From an uncultured bacterium (GTDB lineage Bacteria > Joyebacterota > Joyebacteria > Joyebacterales > Joyebacteraceae): a stretch of 64,000 nt of DNA. Below the pieces are notes generated by a model, which was given only the letters and a program-made list of their open reading frames with translations, ran no database searches and had not been told where the DNA came from. How positions within the stretch are numbered: the first letter of the stretch is position 1; the number at the start of each line of letters is the position of its first letter. Of this stretch, positions 29,074 through 39,115 are shown piece by piece. The translations under genes were made by a program, and so were the position numbers. The stretch spans positions 61,477-125,476 of the forward strand of contig CAZEXP010000002.1 in the NCBI GenBank assembly GCA_964516845.1, read 5' to 3'.

Positions 29074-29421
29074 TCAGTACTCCCGCTCGCGGAGGATCGA
29101 ACCGGCAGCCCAGCTGAAGACCGAGATGATGATCGACCCGAGGAATGCCGCCCAGAAGCCGGCGACGACCATGCCCGGCAGCAGGAGCGCCACGAGCGCG
29201 AGCAGGATCGCGTTGATCACCAGCAGGAAGAGCCCGAGCGTGATGACGGTCAACGGCAACGTCAGGATGACGAACACGGGCCGCACGAACACGTTGACCA
29301 GGCCCAGGATCAGCGCTGCGAGCAGCACCGTGCCGAATCCGGCGACGCTGATGCCGCCGACGAGGGTGGCCGCCAGCCAGATGCCGACCATCGTGATGAG
29401 AAGTCTACCGAGGATTCGCAT
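29074..29421 (-). CDS. DUF360 / phage-holin-4-like small membrane protein
   Basis: 115-aa product with 4 TM helices, resembling YvlD/DUF360. Confidence 0.55.
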   Translation of the reverse strand: MRILGRLLITMVGIWLAATLVGGISVAGFGTVLLAALILGLVNVFVRPVFVILTLPLTVITLGLFLLVINAILLALVALLLPGMVVAGFWAAFLGSIIISVFSWAAGSILREREY

Positions 29422-29435
29422 CACTGCCTCCTTGC

Positions 29436-29966
29436 TCAGGACCGACGCCACGCGTCGGTACCGTGGATGGCGAGAATCTCGCCGAGATACGATCGGTGGT
29501 AATCCTTGTCGGGGTAGCTCTCGTTGATGGCCGGCTCGACGAACCGCGCCGGGTCGAAGTCGTGCCAGTAGATGGTCCTGCATTCGATGATGAGTTCCGC
29601 CTCCGCGAAGCCCGGCGCCGCAACCTTGTCCGAGGCGATCGGCGTCAGACCGGCCTCGGCGATCTTGTCGCCGTCGCGTCCCGATTTCGACCCGAGGAGA
29701 TTGAGCGCCTCGCGCCGCTCCTCCGGAAACGCCGTCAGCGTGAACGTTCCGTGCTCCTCCATGAATCCGTAGGTGTGTCGCACGGGCCGGACGACGGTCT
29801 CGACCACGGGACGATTCCACATCGCGCCCATCGTCCCCCAACCCACGGTCATCGCGTTGAACTCGCCCTTCTCATAATCGCCGGCCGTCAGAAGCAGCCA
29901 TTTTGAGAGCCAGAGCCTGCTCGGGTTGACGACAAGCTGGGCCGGCGGGATCGGACTTCGTATCAT
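29436..29966 (-). CDS. Flavin reductase-like domain protein
   Basis: 'NAMTVGWGTMGAM...HTYGFMEEHGTFTLT' resembles Pfam Flavin_Reduct. Confidence 0.55.
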   Translation of the reverse strand: MIRSPIPPAQLVVNPSRLWLSKWLLLTAGDYEKGEFNAMTVGWGTMGAMWNRPVVETVVRPVRHTYGFMEEHGTFTLTAFPEERREALNLLGSKSGRDGDKIAEAGLTPIASDKVAAPGFAEAELIIECRTIYWHDFDPARFVEPAINESYPDKDYHRSYLGEILAIHGTDAWRRS

Positions 29967-30247
29967 GTGTTTCTCTCCTGTTCCCTCGTCATCGGTGTGA
30001 GTTCCACGACCGTCGCGCCCCATCCGCTCGCGTCGCCGGCCAGTCGGAACGATACAACCTCCTCCATCCGCTCGAGGATCGCGTGCACCGTCTCCCTCAG
30101 CGCACCGGTGCCCTTCCCGTGAATGATGCGCACATCGAGGATGCCCCGCTCACGACACATCGCAATGTAGTCGGGCACCAGCGACTTCACGTCCGATGGA
30201 CGAAAGGTATGCAGGTCCAGTGTCCCGTCGATCGGTATCTCGAGCAT
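29963..30247 (-). CDS. Smr-domain protein
   Basis: 'LDLHTF...DVRIIHGKGTGALRETV' matches the Smr domain. Confidence 0.65.
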   Translation of the reverse strand: MLEIPIDGTLDLHTFRPSDVKSLVPDYIAMCRERGILDVRIIHGKGTGALRETVHAILERMEEVVSFRLAGDASGWGATVVELTPMTREQERNT

Positions 30248-30459
30248 AAGAGGCTCCCGGCGGTCAGTCCCCTCATCTGTGGTCGAGGTGACCATTCGAT
30301 ACGCAACCGTGCCACACCACGGCGCGTGATTCAAGGACGCTCCCCAGGGGCCCATGAGAACGGGCCCTCTCGCGAGAGAGAGCCCGTTCGTCGTGTCGTA
30401 TTCGCATCGGGCACCGCCCCCGGGGCCGTTCGACCGCGAGGACCGCCCGGGCGCGTCCG

Positions 30460-33400
30460 CTAGCGGTCGCTCTCCGGAATGCCCATCCCGCTACGGTCCG
30501 GCCAGGCCGGCGTGCCCGGATGACGCACCGGGTTCCGCACGAGTTCGTCGAGCATGTGCCGGATAGCGGCATCGAGCTGCGGGTCCCCGCCGTCAACCAT
30601 GAGGGAGGGGTCGTCCACGACCTCGATGTCCGGGGCGACGCCGTACCCCTCGATGCCCCAGGTCCCGTCCAGATCGAAGAACGCGGCATTCGGCACCGAC
30701 GCATACCCGCCGTCGATCAGCCCCGGGTTGCCGGAGAGGCCGACCAGGCCGCCCCACGTGCGCGTTCCGATGAGCTTGCCCGTGCCGAGCTTCCTGAAGA
30801 TGTACGGGAAGCTGTCACCACCCGAACCTGCCGACTCGTTGATGAGCATGCAGGCGGGACCCGGCCTGCCGAAATCGGGCTCCCAGCTGGGTTCCCGCTG
30901 GTAGCGGTTCGTCCAGTAGCTGACGACAGGCTGACTGACCATACGGACGAAGGGATACGGACTCTGCCCGCCGGCGTTCCAGCGCTCGTCCACGATGAGC
31001 GCGTCCTTCTGCCGCTCGCCCTCGAACTGACGTCTCAGGTCGTTCGCGCCCTGGCCGCCCGTGTCGGGGACATAAACGTAGCCGACCCTGCCGTCGCTCT
31101 TCTCCTCAACGTACGCGCGATTGTGCTCGATCCAGGCGCGGTACTTGAGATCGCTCTCGCTGCCCAGCGTCTCGATCACGAGCTCGCGCGCATCGTCGTC
31201 GATCTTCGACTTCTCGCTGACGGTGATGGTGATGGTCATCCCCGCGAGCCCCTGGAAGGCCGCCCACGGGTCCTTGCTGGTATCGACCGGCACACCGTTG
31301 ACGGCGAGCAGGTAGTCGCCCACCTCGACGTCAACACCCGGCTGGCTGAGCGGACCGCGCGAGCCAGGGTCTGAGACGTGTCCCTCGAAGATCCGGGAGA
31401 TCCGGTAGGCGCCGTCGTGAAGCTCATACTCGCACCCGAGCATGCCGACAGAGATGCTCGGCGAATCCTCGTAGTCCTCGCCGCCCATGTAGTAGGAATG
31501 ACCGACGTTGAGTTCACCGATCATCTCACCCATGACGTACGAAAGATCGACGCGCGATCCGCAGTAGTCGACCATTGGCGCGTAGATATCCCACACGCGA
31601 TCCCAGTCCACACCGTGCAGCCGTTCCGCGTAGAAGTAATACTTGTAGATTCGCCACATGTCCCGAAGGACGAGCCGCCACTCGGTGCGCGGATCCACCG
31701 TGACCAGCATGCCATCGGTCGAGACCGTGCCGTCCCAGTCCTGCCCGGGGGCCGCGTCCATGACCGCGAAGCTCCCGTTCTCGCTCCACGCGACGATCTT
31801 CTCGCCGTCGCCGGAGAGTGAGAAGCCCTGGGCTCCGGAGATGACCTCCTGCTCCATCTCGTCATCGTTCTCGATATCGACGAGGACGATGGCCGAATCG
31901 TCGCGTCGCAGGCAGAGAAGCTGGCCTGACGAATTCACTGCGAGATTGTAGAACCCGCCGCGACTGACGGGCAGACGGAGCGCGCGACTCTCGAAGCCCT
32001 CGAAGTCGATGACGATGTCCTCGGCCTCGGCATCTTCGCCATCCTCGGCGTCATCGCCATCCTCGGCGTCATCGCCTTCCTCAGCATCAGCGTCCACGTC
32101 CGCGGTGTCGGCGTCCTCGTCCTCCCACTCCTCGACGTCGATCTCCGGCGCGAAAGGCGACTCGGTCTCGGCCGAGAGCGGAACGACGTACAGACGGTCG
32201 GTGCCGTCGTACACCCAGCTCCAGTTCGTGTCGTCGTGCGTGCTGGAGCTGTAGTCCGAGTTGCTGGCGTAGTAGAGGTACGTACCGTCCCGGTCGAAGG
32301 TCGGCCACGTCGCATCGTATGCGCCGCTGGTGACCTGGTGCGCCTCGTCGTTTTCGATGTCGTAGAGATAGACGACGGCGTTCATGTTGGCGGCGGGGCG
32401 GTCCATGAAGGCGAGCCAGTTCGAATCGCTCGACCAGCTCACCGACTGCGAATGGAACGTGAAGAACTTGTGGGCCTTGCGGGTCCGGTTGTTCTCCATG
32501 TCGTAGACGTAGAGCGTGCCGGTCTGGTCCCAGAACGCGATGCGCTCCGAATTCGGCGACCACAGCGGGCTCTCCAGGAATCCGAACTTCTCGTTCGTCA
32601 GGCGTTTGGTCTCGCCCTTGCCGTCCGACTGCATGATGTAGAGCTCGTACACGTCGGTCTCGTCGGAGAAGTACGCGATCCACCTGCCGTCGGGACTCCA
32701 GGTCGGGTTCCGCTCGGCAATGCCGTTCGTGCGCGTCAGATTCTGTGGCGTGCCGTTCTCGGCGGGCAGCGACCAGATGTCGCCGCGCGCGGAGACTACG
32801 CAGCGCTTGCCGGTGCTCGAGATGTCACCGTCCATGATGTGCTCGGCGGCGTCGAAGACCTGCGGCATCAACCGATGCTGGTCACCGGGGATGGTGATCG
32901 TCACGGCGTGCGAGCGCTCGCTCTCGAGATCGAGAAGCATGAGGTCGGCGCCGAGCTGGTAGACGATCTCGCCATGTCCGTTCGTGCCCGGACCGATCGA
33001 CGGCCACTTGACGTCGTAGTCACCGTGATTGGTGATCTGACGCGTGCCGCCTGTCGCGAGATCGTAGACCCATATGTTCAGTCGGTGATTCGAACCCGCG
33101 TCCGACAGGTAATACAGAAGGTCGCCGAACCACATCGGAATGCTGTCGGTGCCACCCCAATCGGTCAGTTTGCGTGAGGTGTGGTCCTTGAGGTTGAAGA
33201 GCCACAGATCGGACGCGCGCCCGCCCATGTAGCGCTTCCACGTCGAGAAGTCGCGCGAGAACGGCGTGTAGGCGAGCCACTCGCCGTCGTCGCTGATGGC
33301 CGGATTGAATCCGTACGGGACGGGCAGCTGCTCGGGCATGCCGCCGTCGGCGGCGACCGTGAAGAGCTGATAAGCGTGCGGCAGGTCGCCGAACCCGTAC

Positions 33401-33792
33401 GCTCCGAACACGATGTCACCGCTCTTCGTCCACGTGAAGGGCAGCTCGCTCGAGGGATGGTAAGTGACCCGGAAGGGAATGCCACCGGTCGCCGGAAGTG
33501 TGTAGATGTCGCTGTTGCCGTCGTAGTTAGCCCGGAACATGACGTGCTTGCCGTCCGGACTGAAACTCGGGAACGTCTCGTATCCCTCGATGCTCGTCAA
33601 CCTCGTGGCCATGCCACCCTCGCGGGGCGCCAGCCAGATGTCGTTGGCGTAGCGGAACACGATCTGTGTCTCGCTCACGTCGGGATATCGCATCATCCCC
33701 GCGTGAGGCGCAACTGCGGACGCCGCCGTCACAAGACACACGGCGGCGACTACGGACAGGAGTCCGACAAGAATCGGCCTCGGCATGCTCAT
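30460..33792 (-). CDS. Tricorn-like protease (WD40-like beta-propeller + PDZ + S41 peptidase)
   Basis: It has a signal peptide, TolB-like PD40 repeats, and a C-terminal S41 region ('TRTWGGLVGLSGNPGLIDGG...PDIEV'). An acidic low-complexity insert is present. Confidence 0.8.
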   Translation of the reverse strand: MSMPRPILVGLLSVVAAVCLVTAASAVAPHAGMMRYPDVSETQIVFRYANDIWLAPREGGMATRLTSIEGYETFPSFSPDGKHVMFRANYDGNSDIYTLPATGGIPFRVTYHPSSELPFTWTKSGDIVFGAYGFGDLPHAYQLFTVAADGGMPEQLPVPYGFNPAISDDGEWLAYTPFSRDFSTWKRYMGGRASDLWLFNLKDHTSRKLTDWGGTDSIPMWFGDLLYYLSDAGSNHRLNIWVYDLATGGTRQITNHGDYDVKWPSIGPGTNGHGEIVYQLGADLMLLDLESERSHAVTITIPGDQHRLMPQVFDAAEHIMDGDISSTGKRCVVSARGDIWSLPAENGTPQNLTRTNGIAERNPTWSPDGRWIAYFSDETDVYELYIMQSDGKGETKRLTNEKFGFLESPLWSPNSERIAFWDQTGTLYVYDMENNRTRKAHKFFTFHSQSVSWSSDSNWLAFMDRPAANMNAVVYLYDIENDEAHQVTSGAYDATWPTFDRDGTYLYYASNSDYSSSTHDDTNWSWVYDGTDRLYVVPLSAETESPFAPEIDVEEWEDEDADTADVDADAEEGDDAEDGDDAEDGEDAEAEDIVIDFEGFESRALRLPVSRGGFYNLAVNSSGQLLCLRRDDSAIVLVDIENDDEMEQEVISGAQGFSLSGDGEKIVAWSENGSFAVMDAAPGQDWDGTVSTDGMLVTVDPRTEWRLVLRDMWRIYKYYFYAERLHGVDWDRVWDIYAPMVDYCGSRVDLSYVMGEMIGELNVGHSYYMGGEDYEDSPSISVGMLGCEYELHDGAYRISRIFEGHVSDPGSRGPLSQPGVDVEVGDYLLAVNGVPVDTSKDPWAAFQGLAGMTITITVSEKSKIDDDARELVIETLGSESDLKYRAWIEHNRAYVEEKSDGRVGYVYVPDTGGQGANDLRRQFEGERQKDALIVDERWNAGGQSPYPFVRMVSQPVVSYWTNRYQREPSWEPDFGRPGPACMLINESAGSGGDSFPYIFRKLGTGKLIGTRTWGGLVGLSGNPGLIDGGYASVPNAAFFDLDGTWGIEGYGVAPDIEVVDDPSLMVDGGDPQLDAAIRHMLDELVRNPVRHPGTPAWPDRSGMGIPESDR

Positions 33793-33911
33793 CCCCCCAT
33801 TGATTTGGCGCGCCTTCCGGCACGCATCCCTTGGTCAGCCAGTCTATTCGATGCAGATCACCCCCCGCGGGTTGACCCGCCACTCGCACAAATCCCGATA
33901 GTGACTCACTC

Positions 33912-35324
33912 TCAATCGTGTCTGAGCGCTGTGACCGGGTCGACCCGTGCGGCGCGGGCCGCCGGATAGATGCCGGCGAGGAGGCTTACGACCACTGAGA
34001 ACCCGACAGCGCCGAAGATGAGCCAGAGCGGCAGGTAGAAGAGGTCGGTCGCCGCCACGCCGTACGGCCGGATGTAGGCGTTCGCGATGACGTTCGCCAG
34101 CCGTGTGACCAGCCAGCCGAGCACGAGCCCCAGGATCCCGCCCATCAGACCGATCACGGCGGCCTCGACGAAGAAGATCCGCCGTATGTCCCACTCTCCG
34201 CCGCCGATGGCCTTCATCACGCCGATCTCGCGCGTCCGCTCGAGGATGGAGGTGACCATCGTGTTTGCGATCCCGAGTCCGGCGACGAAGAGCGCGATCG
34301 TCCCGACTGCCCCGAGAAGCGCGTCCATGATGACGAATGCGCTCCTGACGTCCTCGAGCTGGTCGGCGATCGTCAGCGTCGACAGCCCCATCTCCTCGAT
34401 CTGCTGCTTGACGGCATCGAGGTCCTTCATCGACTGGACCCGAACGTTGATCGATGAGTAGCCGCTCTCGCCGCCCCCGCCGCCGAGCAGGTCCCACACA
34501 CTCGAAATGGCAAGGCGCGGGATCGCCTCGGCCGTTCCGGGCGGGACGATGGCGCCGCCGCCGAACCCGAACCCGCTGAACCCGCCGGAACGCTCGAGGA
34601 TACCGACGATCGTCAGTTCGGTGAGTTCCTCGCGGATCGGGAGCTCACCGGTGGGGATCTCGAGTCTCGTGACCGACCGCATGAGAGCGCCGGCGTCGAC
34701 AACGGACGTACGAAGCTCGAGCGTCCTTCCCAGCACCTCGCTCGAGTGAAGCATCTGGTAGGTCTGTGTCGTGTCCTCGCGCGCGCGGCGGGTCGGCTCG
34801 GGCACGTCCGTCAATCGAATGCCCATGTCCTCGAGGAGATTCTGGCTGACCACGATCGCGGCCTCGTCGTCTCCCTCGAAGAACCGTCCGTACGGAAGTT
34901 CGGAGAAGGGTTTGTACTCGCCAAGCCCGGTCGGGAGCGCGCGGACGCTTGTCTGTGCCTCGCCCTCGTCGAGCACGAGTCTCGCGTGAAACGAAACCTC
35001 GGGATACGCCAGCTTCACACCGGGGATCTCGCGCAGCGCTTTGAGCGTCCCGTCGTCGAGGGCCTCGACATCGCCCTCCAACGCCTGCATCCCGGACGCC
35101 AGAGGATCACTGAGGTCGACGTCGCCCGGCAGGACCTGGATGCTCGTGAAGAGCTCGAGCTCGCGGAACTCGCTGGCGATGTTGTGCTGGAGACCGCTGC
35201 CGAACGACACCATCGAGACGAGCGCGCCGATCCCGATGATGACGCCGAGCGTCGTCAGGACGGTGCGCAGTCTCGTGCGCCACAGGTTCTCGAGGGCCAG
35301 TCTGCCGACGTCGCTGAGTCTCAT
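33912..35324 (-). CDS. ABC transporter permease, FtsX/MacB/LolCE family
   Basis: It has an N-terminal TM helix, a large periplasmic domain and a C-terminal FtsX 3-TM module. Confidence 0.8.
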   Translation of the reverse strand: MRLSDVGRLALENLWRTRLRTVLTTLGVIIGIGALVSMVSFGSGLQHNIASEFRELELFTSIQVLPGDVDLSDPLASGMQALEGDVEALDDGTLKALREIPGVKLAYPEVSFHARLVLDEGEAQTSVRALPTGLGEYKPFSELPYGRFFEGDDEAAIVVSQNLLEDMGIRLTDVPEPTRRAREDTTQTYQMLHSSEVLGRTLELRTSVVDAGALMRSVTRLEIPTGELPIREELTELTIVGILERSGGFSGFGFGGGAIVPPGTAEAIPRLAISSVWDLLGGGGGESGYSSINVRVQSMKDLDAVKQQIEEMGLSTLTIADQLEDVRSAFVIMDALLGAVGTIALFVAGLGIANTMVTSILERTREIGVMKAIGGGEWDIRRIFFVEAAVIGLMGGILGLVLGWLVTRLANVIANAYIRPYGVAATDLFYLPLWLIFGAVGFSVVVSLLAGIYPAARAARVDPVTALRHD

Positions 35325-36016
35325 GTCGTCAGCACCTCCTCGTCGACGACCCGTCCATCGAGAAGCGTGAGCACCCGGTTGGATACCTCGCGGGCTCCCT
35401 GGTGGTCGTGCGTGACCATCAGTACGGTGAGACTGTGCTCGCGGTTGAGTCCTCGGAGGAGCTGGATGATCTCGCGGGAGGTCGCACTGTCGAGATTGCC
35501 GGTCGGTTCGTCGGCCAGCAGGACCACGGGATCGTTCGCGAGCGCCCGGGCGATCGCCACACGCTGCGCTTCGCCGCCGGAGAGCTCTCCGGGACGGTGG
35601 TCGACCCGTCCGGCGAGACCGACGGACGACAGGAGGTTCATGGCCCGCTCGCGGCGCTTCACACGCGGGAATTCGCCGAACGCCAGCGCGAGGGTGACGT
35701 TTTCGAGCGCAGTGCGCGATGTGATGAGATTGAAGGACTGGAAGACCATGCCGACCGTCCGGCGCCGGTGGAGTGCGAGTTCCCGCGGGCGCGCCGTCGC
35801 GACATCGTGCCCGTCGACCGTGATGCTCCCCTCATCCGGGGTGTCGAGACCGCCGATGAGGTTGAGAAGCGTTGACTTGCCCGAACCGGACCGCCCCACG
35901 ATCGAGACGAATTCGCCAGGCCGGACGGCAACGTCCACGCCGTCGAGCACGCGGATCTCGGCCAGACCGCGGTGGTAGGTCTTCGAAAGCCCTCGAGTCT
36001 CGAGAATGTGTTTCAG
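35321..36016 (-). CDS. ABC transporter ATP-binding protein, MacB/LolD family
   Basis: Walker A 'GRSGSGKST', signature 'LSGGEAQRVAIARA' and Walker B are present. The homologous N-terminus ('LKHILETRGLSKTY') lies upstream of the track GTG and begins at CTG 36016, which is preceded by AAGGGG. Confidence 0.8.
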   Translation of the reverse strand: MKHILETRGLSKTYHRGLAEIRVLDGVDVAVRPGEFVSIVGRSGSGKSTLLNLIGGLDTPDEGSITVDGHDVATARPRELALHRRRTVGMVFQSFNLITSRTALENVTLALAFGEFPRVKRRERAMNLLSSVGLAGRVDHRPGELSGGEAQRVAIARALANDPVVLLADEPTGNLDSATSREIIQLLRGLNREHSLTVLMVTHDHQGAREVSNRVLTLLDGRVVDEEVLTT

Positions 36017-36306
36017 AGGATGTTCCCCTTCGATGGCTGATAGTGCCTGGCCGGGGGACCGGTCAGGCGAAGGTTACATCACCACACGATGCTACCATAC
36101 AAGACGGCGTGGGAGAACGGCCTCCGCCGTCTCCCACGCCGGTCCCGCCGCCGCGAGGAGAGACTCCGACGGCGCATCGAACTGGGTTCAGTCACCGGGG
36201 GACGCAACGCTCCACTCCAGGCTCGCCCCGGACGCATCGAATGAGCCGTCCGTCCCGAAGTCCCAACGAAGCGCCCCCGGCTCCATATTCAGCACCAACG
36301 TTCCCG

Positions 36307-38637
36307 CTACTTGAGAAGAACCATCTTCCGCGCCTCGCTCCCTTCCGCCGAAGTGAGGCGGTAGAGGTAGACGCCTGAAGCGAGACGTCTCCCGGCGTCG
36401 TCGCGGCCGTCCCACTCGACCGAATGCTTGCCGGGGCCGAGCTCGCCGGACAGCAGAGCCCTCACGAAGCGCCCCGCGGCGTCGTACACGCTCAGCGTGA
36501 TGTCGCCGGTCCGCGGCAGCTCGAAGGCGATGTGCGTCAGCGGATTGAACGGATTCGGATGGTTCGACAGAAGCCGTGCGCGAGAGACGAGTCCGTCATC
36601 CGGAGGATCGGTCACGCCCGTTGGGTAGAGGACGACCCCCTGAACCCAATCGGCGCCGGCGACCGAGCCGTCGTCGCATGTCCCTGCGGCATCGACGACC
36701 GTCGTTCCGTAGGCCTCATCCAGTCGCCAGTATCCAACCAGCCCCGGCTCGTCACCATCGAGACGGACGAGCATGTCGTCCGCGATGTCGCCGCCGCTCC
36801 GCGGAATGTTCCAGACGCGGACCTCGTCGATCGCTCCCTCGAACCCCTTGTTGAGGTCCGGAAGAACGTTGCCGATCCCAAGCGCGTCGCCGGAGTTCGA
36901 GGCGACCGTGCCGGAGGGCGCTGTCGTGTGGGTCACAAGAACTTCGTCACCGTCGACGTACATGGTCACGCCACTGACGCCGTCGTAGACGACGGCGACG
37001 TGCTGCCACGAATCCAGCGCCAGCGAATTCTCCGGCGATCCGGAGCCGCTGACCGTCGCGTCCGCGTGCGTGATGTCGAGGAAGAGACTGTGGTCGTTCC
37101 TCGCGAAGTGCTCGCCTACGAGGTAGAGGTCAATAGGGCCCTTTGAGAGAATGTGGCCGTAGCCGAAGGTCCCGAACGAGAAATCCCCCCACCCGAATGG
37201 ATTGATCCACGCCTCCAGCGTGAACGCTCCCGTCAGTTCGAGGCCGGCGGCCGGCGGCGTATCCACATACTCGTCCCCGCCGTCGAAACTCAGGCCACTC
37301 GAGCTGTCGAACACCCTGACACACTCGTGGACGAGGAACTTCCCGTTCGTGTCCCCGACGTCATACGAGATCAGAACGTCGTACAGACCCGGCTCGTCGA
37401 AGGTCCACTCGACCGCAAGCCCCACGGCCTCCGTCGACCCGTCACCGTCGATGTCCCACGCCACACCGCTCGCCGCGGACGGCGCAACGATGGAGGCGGT
37501 GAACTGCACCGTCAGCGGAGCCACGCCGGCGGGTGGATCGGCGATGATGGAGCAGCTCACGGCGTCGTTCTCGTACCAGCGAACGTCCGGGTCGGACCTG
37601 CCGGCCGCGAGGATGTCGTCGTCGCCGTCATCGTCGATGTCGAACGCCCAGACGGTCTGCGTGCTGTTGAGAGTCCCGCCGGCCAGAATGTGCTCCGTGA
37701 AACCCATCGCCCCGTCGTTCTCCCACCACACGACATCATCGCTCTGCTCGCCACCGCCGCAGATGTCGATGTCGCCGTCCCAGTCGAAATCACACGGATC
37801 AGCCGTGATCGTACCGGTGGTCGCCGTGGAGATATCGTGCCCGGTGAAGCCGGCTGCGCCGTCGTTCTCCCACCAGCGGACAGCAGGCGGGTTGAAGGCC
37901 GCGCAGAGGATGTCGAGATCGTCATCGCCATCCATGTCGTACGCGCGAATGCTGTGGGCTCCCACGAACGGAAGCAGATGGGACGTGAAGTTCTCACTCC
38001 CGTCGTTCTCCCACCACCGCACACCCTGATCGAAGTCGTTCGTCACGAGGTCGATGTCACCGTCGTCATCGAGGTCTCCCGCATCCGCGTACTGACTCGT
38101 GACGCCGGACACGAGATTGTGGCGCACGAAGTTCATGGCGCCGTCGTTCTCCCACCATGCGCTCCCGCCGCTGTTCCCGCAGACGACGACATCCAGGTCG
38201 CCATCCTCATCGATGTCGACCGGGAGAGCCGTGTGCGCGTTGCCGTGAACGCCGATCGTGTGTTTGACGAACTCGAGCGTTCCGTCGTTCTCCCACCAGA
38301 CCACGACGGAACCGCTCCACATCGCACCGACGATGTCGATATCTCCGTCGAAGTCCATATCGACGGCTCTCCCCTGAATGGCTCCGCCGACGAGTGTGTC
38401 GATGATGACCGGAGCCGAGAACGCACCGCCGCCACCGCGGATCCAGCAGATGTTGTCAGGGGTCGTATCCGCGGTGACGATATCGATCCACCCGTCCTGG
38501 TCGACATCTCCCGCCGTCGCGAAGAGGGTCTGCCCGAAATCATCCGTGATCGCGTGTTCGGTGAACCCGGCGCGCGAGACAAGTGTGGTGACTGCGAGAA
38601 GCACGAGCACGGTGAAACATACGCGGTGGTGTACCAT
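36307..38637 (-). CDS. Secreted FG-GAP/VCBS repeat beta-propeller + LamG domain protein with T9SS C-terminal sorting domain
   Basis: It has a signal peptide, seven 'D.D.DGD.D...WWENDG' repeats, a concanavalin-like LamG domain and a Por_Secre_tail ('KMVLLK'). Confidence 0.8.
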   Translation of the reverse strand: MVHHRVCFTVLVLLAVTTLVSRAGFTEHAITDDFGQTLFATAGDVDQDGWIDIVTADTTPDNICWIRGGGGAFSAPVIIDTLVGGAIQGRAVDMDFDGDIDIVGAMWSGSVVVWWENDGTLEFVKHTIGVHGNAHTALPVDIDEDGDLDVVVCGNSGGSAWWENDGAMNFVRHNLVSGVTSQYADAGDLDDDGDIDLVTNDFDQGVRWWENDGSENFTSHLLPFVGAHSIRAYDMDGDDDLDILCAAFNPPAVRWWENDGAAGFTGHDISTATTGTITADPCDFDWDGDIDICGGGEQSDDVVWWENDGAMGFTEHILAGGTLNSTQTVWAFDIDDDGDDDILAAGRSDPDVRWYENDAVSCSIIADPPAGVAPLTVQFTASIVAPSAASGVAWDIDGDGSTEAVGLAVEWTFDEPGLYDVLISYDVGDTNGKFLVHECVRVFDSSSGLSFDGGDEYVDTPPAAGLELTGAFTLEAWINPFGWGDFSFGTFGYGHILSKGPIDLYLVGEHFARNDHSLFLDITHADATVSGSGSPENSLALDSWQHVAVVYDGVSGVTMYVDGDEVLVTHTTAPSGTVASNSGDALGIGNVLPDLNKGFEGAIDEVRVWNIPRSGGDIADDMLVRLDGDEPGLVGYWRLDEAYGTTVVDAAGTCDDGSVAGADWVQGVVLYPTGVTDPPDDGLVSRARLLSNHPNPFNPLTHIAFELPRTGDITLSVYDAAGRFVRALLSGELGPGKHSVEWDGRDDAGRRLASGVYLYRLTSAEGSEARKMVLLK

Positions 38638-39115
38638 GGCCTCCTCCTCATGATGTGCATGACTCGGGGGCGTGCCGGTCTGCGTCATCTGGCTGCGGCG
38701 TTGAGTGCTGCGTCGTACTCTGTGTCGGTCGCGCCTGCGGATCTCCCGGGACCTCTTTCTTGAAGTCCCCCGGCCTCCCTTGTGGATCGTGTCGGCGGGC
38801 GCTCCGCGGGCCCGGAACTCCGCCCGGACGCCGGGGGCTATCTTCGACTATTGGTGGCCTGGAAGGCCGGGACCGAACCGCGCCGGTCGGGCGGATCGCC
38901 CCCCTTGTAGACGCTTTCCGCCAGGCTGACGCGTTCGAGCCCGGCCGTTTCCAGAACCACCGGTGCCGCGATGGATGCCGACGGAAGCGGACTTCCCCCC
39001 ATGTGCGTCGCCTTCTTGTCCAGCGCGTACAGGATCCGTCCATCGGCCATCACGAGCACAAACCTCCGTCTGTAGCGGTCGCAGCGCGCACTCACGACAC
39101 TTCGCATTCGGCGCG

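Noticed and set aside
35321-35950. ABC ATPase start at the track GTG (35950)
   Set aside because: It would remove ~22 conserved N-terminal residues that align with LolD/MacB homologues. The upstream CTG with an SD is a better fit, though the assignment is uncertain.
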